64,000 nucleotides of DNA from positions 1,383 to 65,382 of the forward strand of contig JAHEXZ010000018.1 of assembly GCA_023251835.1 (NCBI GenBank), in the 5' to 3' direction. Of the stretch, positions 49,683 to 59,908 are shown one piece after another. The translations under genes were made by a program, and so were the position numbers. Source of the DNA: Bacteroidota bacterium (GTDB taxonomy: Bacteria > Bacteroidota > Bacteroidia > 2-12-FULL-35-15). Under the pieces are notes generated by a model, which saw nothing but the letters and a program-made list of their open reading frames with translations, ran no database searches and had not been told where the DNA came from. Each line of letters starts with the position of its first letter. Position 1 is the stretch's first letter.

Positions 49683-51917
49683 ATGGCTAAGAAAAAATTT
49701 CCTCACATACGCCAGCTCGATTTTATGGATTGCGGTCCTACAACATTAAGGATGATTGCAAAATACTATGGCAAAAACATACCCATAGAATTTTTGAGGG
49801 AAAGCTGTTTCATTGGTAAAGAGGGTTCATCACTTGCAGGAATAGGGTCGGCAGCAGAACGGATCGGATTAAGGAGTACCGCTGTAGAAGCACATTATAA
49901 AGCGCTCTGTGAAGAGGCTCCCTTACCCGTTATTGCATTTTGGAGACAAAATCACTTTGTCGTTGTCTATCAGATAATCAAAGGTAAAAAAGGGAAAAAA
50001 GATACTATAGTTGTCGGAGACCCTGCTCATGATGAATTAATAAAATATGACGAGGACGAATTCAAAAAATTCTGGATTTCAGGTAAAAGTGATGGAGAAG
50101 ATGTTGGAATACTTATGTTGCTGGAACCTACACCTGCATTTTATGAGTTCGATGAATACAGCAGCGAAGTTAATCCAAAAGGAAAATTAAATCGTGTAAG
50201 CTTACGATATCTCTTCAAATATTTAATCCCTTACAAACGTTATATTATTCAGCTTGTCCTGGGCTTAATAGCAGGTAGTGCTATTTCTCTTATACTTCCA
50301 TTTCTTACACAATCACTGGTAGATTTTGGAGTTAATAACCAGGATATTGGCTTTGTATATGCTATTCTTTTTGCACAACTGAGTCTTTTTGTTGGAACAG
50401 CATTTATTGAAGTTATCCGAAGGTGGATTTTACTTTTGCTTTCTATACGAATCAATATCACACTGGTTTCCGATTACCTTGCTAAACTCATGCGCCTGCC
50501 GCTTGGATATTTTGATTCCAAAAATACAGGAGACATCATTCAGCGTATCCGTGACCATGACCGGATTGAAGAATTCCTGACTTCATCGTCATTTGACGTG
50601 TTATTTTCCATGTTTAATATTATAATTTTCGGACTGGTTTTAGCCATTTATGATATACGTATCATGCTGGTATTTCTGTTTGGCACTTTTGTATATGTAC
50701 TATGGATATTATTTTTCCTTAAAAAACGCAGACAAGTTGATTTTAAGCTGTTCAATCAGACCTCTAATAATAAAACAACAGAAATTGAGCTTGTGCAGGG
50801 GATGCAGGAGATTAAACTCAATAATTGTGAGCAGGAAAAACGCTGGCAATGGGAAAGTGTTCAGGCAGAAATGTTCAAGGTAAAACAGCAAAGCCTCGCA
50901 CTTGAAACGTATCAAACTACCGGAGCTTCGCTGATCAATCAGTTGAAAAATATTGTTATTACTTTTCTTGCTGCCAAAAGTGTTATAGATGGAGATATTA
51001 CACTGGGTATGATGCTATCTATCTCTTTCATCACCGGGCAGTTAAATGCTCCTATCCTCAATCTGATTGAAATTATAAAAAAAGCCCAGAATGCATCATT
51101 GAGCCTGGAACGTATTGGTGAAGTACATAATGCATCTGATGAAAATGAAGGTTTGAATGAATCATTCGTAATTTCTGAAAACGATAATATCGAAATAAAA
51201 AACCTGAGTTTCAGATATGGTAACCCGCATAAACCATGGGTGCTTGAAAACCTTAGTCTTATTATTCCCCGTGGAAAAACAACAGCCATAGTGGGCCCCA
51301 GTGGCAGTGGAAAAACCACATTGGTTAAATTGTTACTAAAATTTTACAAACCTGAAAACGGCAGTATACAAATCGGCAACACTCCCCTGGACACTATCAA
51401 CGGGATGGTGTGGCGCAACCGCTGTGGAGCAGTAATGCAGGATGGCTATATTTTTGCAGATACCATTGCACGCAATATAGCTGTAGCCGGCCACATTGAT
51501 AAAAAACGTATGGTAAATGCAGCCCAAATGGCATGTATACGTGATTTTATTGAATACCTGCCCATGAACTATAATACAACGATAGGGATGAAGGGCATAG
51601 GCATGAGCGGTGGTCAAAGACAACGTATCCTTATAGCCAGAGCTATTTATAAAAATCCTGATTTTATATTTTTTGATGAAGCTACCAGTGCCCTGGATGC
51701 TGAAAATGAAATGACTATTACAAGGAACCTTTCTGAATTTAATAAAGACAGAACTACCGTGGTTATAGCACACCGGCTAAGTACTGTTAAAAATGCAGAT
51801 CAGATAATTGTGCTCGATAGAGGTAAAATTATTGAAAAAGGCACCCATACTGAGCTGACTGCAAAAAGAGGAATGTATTATCAGCTTGTTAAAAACCAAC
51901 TTGAACTGGGAGAATAA
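49683..51917 (+). CDS. peptidase C39-domain ABC transporter (bacteriocin/peptide-processing exporter, PCAT)
   Basis: 744 aa; N-terminal C39 domain with catalytic Cys in QLDFMDCGPTTLRMIAKYYG, 6-TM ABC domain, NBD with GPSGSGKTT / LSGGQRQR / IFFDEATSALD. Confidence 0.85.
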   Translation: MAKKKFPHIRQLDFMDCGPTTLRMIAKYYGKNIPIEFLRESCFIGKEGSSLAGIGSAAERIGLRSTAVEAHYKALCEEAPLPVIAFWRQNHFVVVYQIIKGKKGKKDTIVVGDPAHDELIKYDEDEFKKFWISGKSDGEDVGILMLLEPTPAFYEFDEYSSEVNPKGKLNRVSLRYLFKYLIPYKRYIIQLVLGLIAGSAISLILPFLTQSLVDFGVNNQDIGFVYAILFAQLSLFVGTAFIEVIRRWILLLLSIRINITLVSDYLAKLMRLPLGYFDSKNTGDIIQRIRDHDRIEEFLTSSSFDVLFSMFNIIIFGLVLAIYDIRIMLVFLFGTFVYVLWILFFLKKRRQVDFKLFNQTSNNKTTEIELVQGMQEIKLNNCEQEKRWQWESVQAEMFKVKQQSLALETYQTTGASLINQLKNIVITFLAAKSVIDGDITLGMMLSISFITGQLNAPILNLIEIIKKAQNASLSLERIGEVHNASDENEGLNESFVISENDNIEIKNLSFRYGNPHKPWVLENLSLIIPRGKTTAIVGPSGSGKTTLVKLLLKFYKPENGSIQIGNTPLDTINGMVWRNRCGAVMQDGYIFADTIARNIAVAGHIDKKRMVNAAQMACIRDFIEYLPMNYNTTIGMKGIGMSGGQRQRILIARAIYKNPDFIFFDEATSALDAENEMTITRNLSEFNKDRTTVVIAHRLSTVKNADQIIVLDRGKIIEKGTHTELTAKRGMYYQLVKNQLELGE

Positions 51918-51926
51918 GAATAAGTA

Positions 51927-53234
51927 ATGAAATTAGAACCAGAAAATATAGATTTAAGAAGTGACCGGGTAAACGAACTTCTTGGACAGGTGCCACATTG
52001 GATTATTCGCTTTGGGAACGTCATCTTACTTTTTGTTGTTTTGTTATTACTCTCAATCGCTTATTTTATTAAATATCCTGATGTTGTTGTGGCTCGTATT
52101 ACAGTTACAAACAGCTCTCTTCCTCATGAAATTAAAATTAACCCTCAAAGTTACAGCAGCGAATTATCTTACTTAATGGTAAACGATAAACAATTGGTAA
52201 AAAAAGGAGAGGTACTGGCTGTAGCCAAAAATTTAGCGGTATATGAAGATATATTATGTGCACATGAAGAGTTAAAAAATACCCAAAAAGCATTTGCCGA
52301 AGGTCGATTTGATACTCTAAGCCAGTTGTTTTCAAATGGCTTGCAATTGGGAGAATTTCAGCCAGCTTATTCACTTTTGCTTAATGCTATTGAAGATTAC
52401 CGAATCTATAACGACTATAAGTTTCACAAATTTAGCATGGAAGAAATTACCAAACAGATTGACACCTATAAAAAGTTAAAATCTGCACTTCTTAAAGAAC
52501 TAACAATTGCCAACGAACAATTTGCATTAAGCCGGAACAATTATTTAAGAGATTCAACACTTTTTGTACAACAAGTTATCCCTGCTTCTGAGTTTGAAAT
52601 ACTTAAAAAGAAATACCTCGAAGAAAAACTCAAAATTGAAAATATAAAAATTCAAGTTATTGGCTACGACCTCAATATCCAACAAAAAGAAGAAGCCATG
52701 CTGCTTATTTCACAAGATTCCATTAAAGCATTGACGAATCTTTATAGTGGTCTTAATAATGCCATTATGGAATTTGACAGCAAATTACGAAGCTGGGAAG
52801 AAACCTATTTACTCTACTCCCCCATCGATGGTCGTATATCCTTCAACCAACCTCTTAAAGCAGGTAAATATTTGCAAGCTGATAAAACATTAATGATGGT
52901 TTTACCTGATGATACTGCACTTTTTGCATATACTTATTTACCATCAGCAGGAAGCGGCAAAGTGGCTGTTGGACAGGAAACAAAGATTCGTTTTGATGGA
53001 TTTCCGTTTCAGGAGTATGGTGTTGTTAAAGGCAAGGTGCATTCCATTTCAAAGGCAGCAACAGAAGGCCTTTATTATGTGCAAATTAAAATTCCGGCTG
53101 CACTTGAAACAAATTTTCATAAAAAACTGGAGTTTTCATCAAATATGCAGGGAGATGTGCATATTATTACAGAAGACCTGCGGTATATCGAGCGGATATT
53201 TTATCAGTTCAAGAGTGCTTTTACAAAGGATTAG
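51927..53234 (+). CDS. HlyD-family membrane fusion/secretion protein
   Basis: 435 aa; N-terminal TM, long coiled-coil, C-terminal beta domain; immediately downstream of the PCAT. Confidence 0.75.
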   Translation: MKLEPENIDLRSDRVNELLGQVPHWIIRFGNVILLFVVLLLLSIAYFIKYPDVVVARITVTNSSLPHEIKINPQSYSSELSYLMVNDKQLVKKGEVLAVAKNLAVYEDILCAHEELKNTQKAFAEGRFDTLSQLFSNGLQLGEFQPAYSLLLNAIEDYRIYNDYKFHKFSMEEITKQIDTYKKLKSALLKELTIANEQFALSRNNYLRDSTLFVQQVIPASEFEILKKKYLEEKLKIENIKIQVIGYDLNIQQKEEAMLLISQDSIKALTNLYSGLNNAIMEFDSKLRSWEETYLLYSPIDGRISFNQPLKAGKYLQADKTLMMVLPDDTALFAYTYLPSAGSGKVAVGQETKIRFDGFPFQEYGVVKGKVHSISKAATEGLYYVQIKIPAALETNFHKKLEFSSNMQGDVHIITEDLRYIERIFYQFKSAFTKD

Positions 53235-53254
53235 TGGTAAAATAGAAATAAGAA

Positions 53255-53298
53255 AAGGCTGGCAAAAACCAATATTGCCAACCTTTTTCTTGTTTTAT
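53255..53298. terminator. probable bidirectional intrinsic terminator between HlyD and the convergent peptide gene
   Basis: AAGGCTGGCAA-(9 nt)-TTGCCAACCTT (one mismatch) followed by TTTCTTGTTTT on the plus strand and TTTTCTTATTTCTATTTT on the minus strand. Confidence 0.5.
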
Positions 53299-53360
53299 AA
53301 TATCCCGATCCTTATGATGGAACAAAGGATCTGAGCTTGCCCAGGGATTCATACCTGTGA

Positions 53361-53504
53361 TTACATCCAACAGCCATATGGATATTCATTGTCATAATGT
53401 GTTAACCAGTATGCAAAACCGCCACCAGTTATTGTTTTTGAGTTGTCTGTAGTTAATGTTTTCATGGCCTTATTAGTTTTAAGTTTTATTTGTTCTCTGT
53501 TCAT
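53361..53504 (-). CDS. double-glycine-leader peptide (bacteriocin-like / PCAT substrate precursor)
   Basis: Minus-strand peptide M-NREQIKLKTNKAMKTLTTDNSKTIT-GG | GFAYWLTHYDNEYPYGCWM. The leader ends I-T-G-G with I at -4 and L at -12. The core is Trp/Tyr-rich with one Cys. The gene is convergent with, and directly adjacent to, the C39 exporter and HlyD genes. An alternative start is at 53465 (MKTL), and the track ORF extends to 53549. Confidence 0.55.
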   Translation of the reverse strand: MNREQIKLKTNKAMKTLTTDNSKTITGGGFAYWLTHYDNEYPYGCWM

Positions 53505-53730
53505 TTCCGGAACAGACTCGGATTTATGGTTACAAAGATATATCTGCAAAAAAGTGAAAAAGCGGTAAACTAAAATCCGGTAAGAGTCAACTTAAATTTG
53601 GTAGCTTATGAGATAAGTTTGGTATTAATTATGACAACAGTTCATTTTATAGGCTTCATCCGCAATATTATAAACGAGGCTTTTAATTGTTTTTATTTCT
53701 ATTTTTACAAATAGATACTCTTCTGATAAT

Positions 53731-54564
53731 ATGCAAAATGGCAAAAAACCAATAGGAATATTTGATTCCGGTTATGGAGGACTTACGGTTTTAAGAGAAA
53801 TTGTAAAAGAATTGCCTCAATATGATTATATATATCTGGGAGATAATGCCCGTGCTCCTTATGGTACACGCTCGTTTGAAACAGTGTATGAGTATGCCCT
53901 GGAATGTGTAGAACAGTTGTTTTCAATGGGGTGTGAACTTATAATATTGGCATGCAATACCGCTTCAGCAAAAGCATTGCGAACTATACAACAAAAAGAC
54001 CTGCCTCGAATTGCCCCGGAGAAAAGAGTTTTGGGCGTAATTCGACCCACCACAGAAATAATAGGAAAATATACCAAAACTAAACATGTAGGGGTATTGG
54101 GGACTACCGGAACAATTAGCTCTGATTCTTATCCGATTGAAATTAAAAAATTATATCCCGAATTTGTAATACAACAGGAAGCCTGCCCTATGTGGGTTCC
54201 ATTGGTAGAAAACAATGAATTTGAAAGTGCAGGTGCTGATTTTTTTATTCAGAAAAATTTAAACTCACTTTTGTCAAAAGATAACCAGATTGATACTATT
54301 ATTCTTGGATGTACACATTACCCTTTATTATTAAATAAAATAAAAAAACATGTACCTCCGTATATTACACTTATATCACAAGGAGAAATAGTGGCTAAAA
54401 GTCTCGCAGATTATCTGAAACGGCATACTGAAATAGAACAAAAATGCAGCAAGGGTAGTAATATCGGGTTTTATACAACGGACTCTCCTGATAATTTTAA
54501 TAAAGCAGCAAGCATTTTCTTTGGAGGAGCCGTAAAATCGAAACATCTGGATATGAATCATTAG
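53731..54564 (+). CDS. murI: glutamate racemase
   Basis: 277 aa; IGIFDSGYGGLTV, ACNTAS, GCTHYP catalytic-cysteine motifs. Confidence 0.85.
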   Translation: MQNGKKPIGIFDSGYGGLTVLREIVKELPQYDYIYLGDNARAPYGTRSFETVYEYALECVEQLFSMGCELIILACNTASAKALRTIQQKDLPRIAPEKRVLGVIRPTTEIIGKYTKTKHVGVLGTTGTISSDSYPIEIKKLYPEFVIQQEACPMWVPLVENNEFESAGADFFIQKNLNSLLSKDNQIDTIILGCTHYPLLLNKIKKHVPPYITLISQGEIVAKSLADYLKRHTEIEQKCSKGSNIGFYTTDSPDNFNKAASIFFGGAVKSKHLDMNH

Positions 54565-54651
54565 ATAAAAACTCATCAATAATCTTCTACAAGTATTTTA
54601 TTTCTAACTTTGGAAAGGATACTCAAAAATTTATCATTTAATATCTTATAC

Positions 54652-56322
54652 ATGAAAAAAACTCTGTCAGCACTATTCATACTAACTAATAGTATTCTTA
54701 GCTTTAGCCAAATAGCTGAACTTACACAGGAAGTGAGTTCACCCGTTCAATCGGCTATTGTTTATCTATATGGTGCAGAAGTTTCACACACGAAACAGGT
54801 TAATTTAAATGCCGGTAAAAATAAAATAGTCTTCACCGGCTTATCACCAAAGCTCACTGCTAAAAGTATTCAGGTTAATGTTGCTGGCGATATAACCATT
54901 TTGGCTATTTCAGATGCCATTAATTATATGGAAAATCAAAAAGAAAATGACCGGATTAAACTGTTAAAAGATTCTGTTACTATTTTAAATGATGCAATTG
55001 TTAACATAAACAACGATAAAGATGCCTATACAACTGAAAAAAATATGCTGCTGAAAAATATTTCTATTGGCGGTAATGAGAAAGGTGTAGCAATTGCTGA
55101 ACTTAAATTAGCTGCTGATTTTTACAGAAGCAGGATAAAAGAAATCAATGGCGAAATATTTAAATTAGACCAAAAACTCAGCCAGTTAAATACATCAGTT
55201 AATAAAATAAATCAACAGTTAACGGAATTAAACGCTAAAAACAATCAACCCTCAGCTGAAATAACCATTTTACTTTCTTCTCCGGCAAAGATTACTACCA
55301 CAATCAGTTTAAAATATATTGTTACCGATGCTGGATGGGCACCAAGCTATGATTTGAGAGCTGAAGATATTAACCAGCCTATAGAATTGAAATATCGTGC
55401 TAAAGTATTTAACAATACCGGAGTAGACTGGAACGATATTAAAATTAAACTTTCTACTGCCGACCCTTCGCAAAGTGCTTCCAAACCAATCTTATCAACC
55501 TGGAACCTGGATTACAATCCTGGGATTATATACAAAAAGGGAGGTTACGGTTATTCTAATTCTCCTGTCTCTCAATCGGCAGAAGGATATGTTCAAAATG
55601 CTGTTTCAACAATGGAACAATCTATTATGCCTGCACAAAAAAATGCCATACTTCCAATTAAATTTGAAGAAATACAGGTATCAGAGTTGAGCGCAGAATT
55701 TGACATTAAAAATAGTTATTCTATTCCATCCGATTCTAAACCCTATATAGTAGATGTTACTGAATACAAACTGCCCGCAACATTTCAACATTTTAGTGCT
55801 CCTAAAGTAGTTCGTGATGCATTTTTACTTGCACGTATTACCGGATGGGAAGATTTAGACCTGGTAGAAGGCCCTGCCAATGTCTATTATGGTGGAACAT
55901 ACGTTGGACAATCCTACATATACACACGGAGTGCCGATGACACCTTAGACTTGTCGCTTGGAAGAGATAACAAAGTACTGGTAACACGCAGTAAAATAAA
56001 AGAATATTGCAGTAAAAAAATGTTTGGTGGTGCTGTAAAAGAAACATTTGCTTACGAGATGGTGCTAAAAAATAACAGGAAAACCCCTGTTCAGATGGAG
56101 CTTCAAGACCAGTTACCTCTTTCCACGCAAAGTGATATACTTGTTGAAGCTATTGAAACATCAAAAGCCGAATATGATCCCAAAACCGGTAAATTAACCT
56201 GGTCATGCGTATTGCAACCGGGAGAAGTAAAAAAGATCGGCCTTTCTTTTTCAGTAAAATACCCTAAAAATACAAATCTTAATATACAAAAAACGGAAAC
56301 CCGCATGCGTGCAACTTTTTAG
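54652..56322 (+). CDS. DUF4139/DUF4140-family protein (mucoidy-inhibitor-like beta-rich secreted protein)
   Basis: Signal peptide MKKTLSALFILTNSILSFSQ, central coiled-coil, C-terminal beta-rich domain; track ORF begins at 54610 but MKKT at 54652 is the likely start. Confidence 0.55.
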   Translation: MKKTLSALFILTNSILSFSQIAELTQEVSSPVQSAIVYLYGAEVSHTKQVNLNAGKNKIVFTGLSPKLTAKSIQVNVAGDITILAISDAINYMENQKENDRIKLLKDSVTILNDAIVNINNDKDAYTTEKNMLLKNISIGGNEKGVAIAELKLAADFYRSRIKEINGEIFKLDQKLSQLNTSVNKINQQLTELNAKNNQPSAEITILLSSPAKITTTISLKYIVTDAGWAPSYDLRAEDINQPIELKYRAKVFNNTGVDWNDIKIKLSTADPSQSASKPILSTWNLDYNPGIIYKKGGYGYSNSPVSQSAEGYVQNAVSTMEQSIMPAQKNAILPIKFEEIQVSELSAEFDIKNSYSIPSDSKPYIVDVTEYKLPATFQHFSAPKVVRDAFLLARITGWEDLDLVEGPANVYYGGTYVGQSYIYTRSADDTLDLSLGRDNKVLVTRSKIKEYCSKKMFGGAVKETFAYEMVLKNNRKTPVQMELQDQLPLSTQSDILVEAIETSKAEYDPKTGKLTWSCVLQPGEVKKIGLSFSVKYPKNTNLNIQKTETRMRATF

Positions 56323-56359
56323 CCGGAAAATGGTTCTTATTTGTGAAACAGGGTGCTAA

Positions 56360-57325
56360 ATGCAACAAAAAAATTATTACATATTGCTCGGAGTAAACAG
56401 TACTGTTAGTTATGAAGAACTGAAAATAGCATATCGCAATCTGGCTAAGAAATACCACCCCGATAAAAACCCCGGAAATAAAATTGCAGAAGAGTATTTT
56501 AAAGACATACAACAGGCTTACACCATTTTATCTGATCCGGAAAAACGCAGAGTGTACGATTTAAAATTATCAAGTACCGGAACAAATACACAAAAAACTT
56601 ATACTCAATACGGTGGAAATGCATACCAATATGCTCAACAACAAGCTCAGCAAAAAAATCAATTCCATAAAAGAAAACAGCAAACAAAAAAAAACGATAA
56701 AGTTGAAAGCTATCAGATTCTTATCAGTGTTGCAGTTGCTTTTATTTTACTTTATTTTATAATTTCTTATTCTACCAACAATAAATCTGCAGATTCTATT
56801 CATCAGACAATAGAGAGCTCTTATTCCGAAGCAGCTAAAAAAGCAGAAATTAAGCAGGCCTCAAAATCTCCAATGATCAGTCCTTATGCATCACCTTATA
56901 CTGTTTTTTTTGGTGAAGAAGTTATTGATGAAAACAACAAAAACAGCATTTTAATCCATAACAGCAATGAGTCTGAAGTAGTAGTATGCCTCGTTGAAAA
57001 CAGAAAACAAGGTAAAACAATTCGTAACCAGTATATGAATATGGGTACGTCATTTAAAATGAACAATATTCCTGACGGAGAATATTTCTTAAAAATATAT
57101 TATGGTACCAATTGGGATACAGTAAAAACGTTTGTAAATAATACTGTAAAAGGTGGCTTTATAAATGAAATTGGCTTTGTTCAACTAAATACAGGAAAAA
57201 ATATTTTAAAAATGCAACAAAATCAAACTACTACAAGTATATCATACTCCTCTTACGAAATAGGTATAAACCCCTACCAGAAAAAAGACGTAACAATAAT
57301 CACTGCAGAACAATTTTTTAAATAA
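56360..57325 (+). CDS. DnaJ (J-domain) protein with TM segment and C-terminal domain
   Basis: J-domain [35 protein letters not shown]...; Q-rich linker; [20 protein letters not shown]. Confidence 0.7.
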   Translation: MQQKNYYILLGVNSTVSYEELKIAYRNLAKKYHPDKNPGNKIAEEYFKDIQQAYTILSDPEKRRVYDLKLSSTGTNTQKTYTQYGGNAYQYAQQQAQQKNQFHKRKQQTKKNDKVESYQILISVAVAFILLYFIISYSTNNKSADSIHQTIESSYSEAAKKAEIKQASKSPMISPYASPYTVFFGEEVIDENNKNSILIHNSNESEVVVCLVENRKQGKTIRNQYMNMGTSFKMNNIPDGEYFLKIYYGTNWDTVKTFVNNTVKGGFINEIGFVQLNTGKNILKMQQNQTTTSISYSSYEIGINPYQKKDVTIITAEQFFK

Positions 57326-57345
57326 TCTTTTCCATCCTTCGTTTT

Positions 57346-57397
57346 ATACTGAGCGAATGGGTTTGCTGGTTTTTGCAAATTCATTCGGCCGAAGTAT
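57346..57397. repeat. 53-nt palindromic intergenic repeat, copy 3 (inverted orientation)
   Basis: Reverse complement reads ATACTTCGGCCGAATGAATTTGCAAAAACCAGCAAACCCATTCGCTCAGTAT; starts 21 nt after the DnaJ-domain gene stop. Confidence 0.8.
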
Positions 57398-57593
57398 CTC
57401 TTCTAAAGAAATGTTAAAAATGTTTAAATCCATTTTTTAATCTTATAAAAATTAAACCTTTTAACCCAGCCCATCGTATACAATATAGGAAAATGGCATA
57501 GGATTTGGGAATCAAAGGGTGTAAAAAGTGTTGTAGTATTCATAAAATAAAATAGTTGGTTGAGAGCTCTAACCATTAAAAAACTTATATACG

Positions 57594-58424
57594 ATGAAAA
57601 AGATTGTGATAATAGGAACAGCAGCAGTTATGGCTGGTATCGCTTGTTTATCGTTTCGAAGTAATAGCGAAGAACTGCTTCAAATAGAAAAAGATACTCC
57701 TGTAAAAGAATTACCCGTAATCAAAAATGAAGCCTTTAAGCGCGGTGAACTATTGACATTTCGTATGCACTATGGTATTGTTGATGCTGGAATAGCAACA
57801 CTTGCAGTAACAGATGAAGCAAAGGATTTAGCAGGAAGAAAAACTTTTCACATCGTAGGTTTGGGCAGAAGTCAGGGTGCATTTGACTGGTTTTTTAAGG
57901 TGCGCGACCGTTATGAAACCTATATTGATGAACAGGCGCTTGTTCCATGGTTATTTGTAAGACGCGTGAAGGAGGGTGGATATACTTGTAGTCAGGATTA
58001 TGTATTCAATCATTTTAGTGAAAAAGTAAATGTAGGTGAAAATGAATTATATGACATAGGTCCAAATATGCAGGATATGCTTTCCGCTTTTTATCATGCC
58101 CGTACAATGGACCTTTCAGAGGCCAAACCTGGAGATGTCTATTCGATGGAGACCTTTGTGGACAAAGAAATATTTCCGGTAAAAATAAAATTTATCGCCC
58201 GAGAAACAATTACTACTGATTTGGGAACTTTTAAGTGTTTAAAATTTCGTCCGATTATTCAAAAAGGGCGGGTATTCAAAAACGAAGAAGACCTAAACAT
58301 ATGGATTACTGATGATAAAAATCATATCCCTATATTGGGTCAAGCGGATGTATTAGTCGGTTCCATTAAGGCAGAATTGATTAGTTATGCAGGTCTTGCA
58401 AATCCTGTTGCAAAAATTGATTAG
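57594..58424 (+). CDS. DUF3108-family protein
   Basis: 276 aa, signal peptide, GELLTFRMHYGIVDAGIATLAV typical of DUF3108. Confidence 0.55.
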   Translation: MKKIVIIGTAAVMAGIACLSFRSNSEELLQIEKDTPVKELPVIKNEAFKRGELLTFRMHYGIVDAGIATLAVTDEAKDLAGRKTFHIVGLGRSQGAFDWFFKVRDRYETYIDEQALVPWLFVRRVKEGGYTCSQDYVFNHFSEKVNVGENELYDIGPNMQDMLSAFYHARTMDLSEAKPGDVYSMETFVDKEIFPVKIKFIARETITTDLGTFKCLKFRPIIQKGRVFKNEEDLNIWITDDKNHIPILGQADVLVGSIKAELISYAGLANPVAKID

Positions 58425-58498
58425 TATAAAAACTGAAAATTAAAAAATGGCTGCCGATAAAAGTATATTGTACAGCCCTTTTTCCTGGCAGAAAAACT

Positions 58499-59860
58499 CT
58501 AATGTTTATTTTTTACATAACTTAAAACACCCTGAAAATAAGCTTCGGCAACCTGCTGAACACGCTCGTTTTTTGTCTTATCTAATTCCTTATTTAAACG
58601 AACACATTCGCCAATATTATCCTGATATAATGTTTCCCCATAAACTAAAGGGCCATGAATATACCGTGTTAACTGAAGGTTTCGGCAATACACCCCCGGC
58701 TCATCTGTGAGTAAACAGCCCTCCATCAGATACAAAGCATCCTTAACAGTAGCCGTTTTAACATTCAGTTTTTTTTCAAAGTTCTTGATTACAGCAGAAC
58801 TAAGCTCAATTGATTCTTCTATATCATCACTAATTAATAACCGAAAAAATTCAAATCGTTTTTCAGGAGATGATAAATCATTTTTCATAAAAGCTCCACC
58901 AACAAATGCCATATTAAAATTTTTACCAGCAGGCTTAGTCCATCCTGTATTATTTTCATCTACATTATAATGAATAATAATTGTAAAGTCTGGTTTATAA
59001 TTGTTAATGAGTTCGGCACGCTTTGCCAGCTCAATATCTTTAAAAATTACTCTAAACTTGTCGCGTTTACTGGCCTTAGAGCTCAGGAAAAATTGTTTCT
59101 GACTTAATGACAATTTCCCTGTTTTGTACAAACTATCTACCGTTTTTATATAATCCGTTTTTAACCACTCATCAAAAGTTATCCCAAATGCACTGCTATT
59201 ATTGAATGTTCTGGTCATAAACACTTCCGCCCCTTCCCTTTCCAATTTCTCCTTTAAAAGTTGTGCCGTAGCAAACGTAATCATTCCCTCAGCAATAGCT
59301 ATAGAGTCTACTGTTCCATCAGGCCCAAAACATTTGAAAGTCAAACATTTCTTTTCGATATTCCCCATTTCCATATTGCCGGCAATGTGTCCGGGATCTA
59401 TAGCTATTCGTAATCCCTGTAAATTTTTTATAGTATTTGCTTTGGAGTTGTTAGGTATCGAAACTGAAATTTTGGAGTCGTTAATCTTTTCTTGTACAGA
59501 ATTATCATAACTTCCTCTTTTATACATATCTGCCTGTTGGGCAAAAGAAGAATTTCGTAAAAACAATTTAAACTCCTCAATTTTATTCACATTAACATAA
59601 AATTCATGCATTCCCTTTATCTTGTGTTCCGGAGATTCATATATACTGATTCCATTGTTGTCAATAGTATAGTAAGAAGATAATGATTTTTCCTTGAGAA
59701 GAAAGTTCTCCGCTTTTTCATTAAGTGCTTTAATTTTAGAGATTGTGACAGAGTCCTGAGCAAAACAATCTGCCAAAATAGATAACATGAAAATAAGGAT
59801 TGCTTTAAAAGGAAAAATCATGCAAAAGTGGGATATTGTTCTATTTGTAAATATACGCAA
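58499..59860 (-). CDS. N-acetylmuramoyl-L-alanine amidase (Amidase_3-like) with N-terminal extra domain
   Basis: 453 aa; GLRIAIDPGHIAG and DFTIIIHYN resemble Amidase_3 zinc-ligand motifs; signal peptide. Confidence 0.5.
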   Translation of the reverse strand: MRIFTNRTISHFCMIFPFKAILIFMLSILADCFAQDSVTISKIKALNEKAENFLLKEKSLSSYYTIDNNGISIYESPEHKIKGMHEFYVNVNKIEEFKLFLRNSSFAQQADMYKRGSYDNSVQEKINDSKISVSIPNNSKANTIKNLQGLRIAIDPGHIAGNMEMGNIEKKCLTFKCFGPDGTVDSIAIAEGMITFATAQLLKEKLEREGAEVFMTRTFNNSSAFGITFDEWLKTDYIKTVDSLYKTGKLSLSQKQFFLSSKASKRDKFRVIFKDIELAKRAELINNYKPDFTIIIHYNVDENNTGWTKPAGKNFNMAFVGGAFMKNDLSSPEKRFEFFRLLISDDIEESIELSSAVIKNFEKKLNVKTATVKDALYLMEGCLLTDEPGVYCRNLQLTRYIHGPLVYGETLYQDNIGECVRLNKELDKTKNERVQQVAEAYFQGVLSYVKNKH

Positions 59861-59908
59861 ATGCTTATTAATAAGGAATTATAAGTAATTTTACATTAAA
59901 CGAAACAA

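Noticed and set aside
52909-53334. 141-aa plus-strand ORF spanning the HlyD 3' end and terminator
   Set aside because: It overlaps the HlyD frame and runs through the terminator-like hairpin. It has no domain and is likely spurious.
58447-58710. 87-aa plus-strand ORF downstream of the DUF3108 gene
   Set aside because: It overlaps the C-terminal part of the minus-strand amidase gene almost entirely, and the amidase frame has the recognisable motifs.
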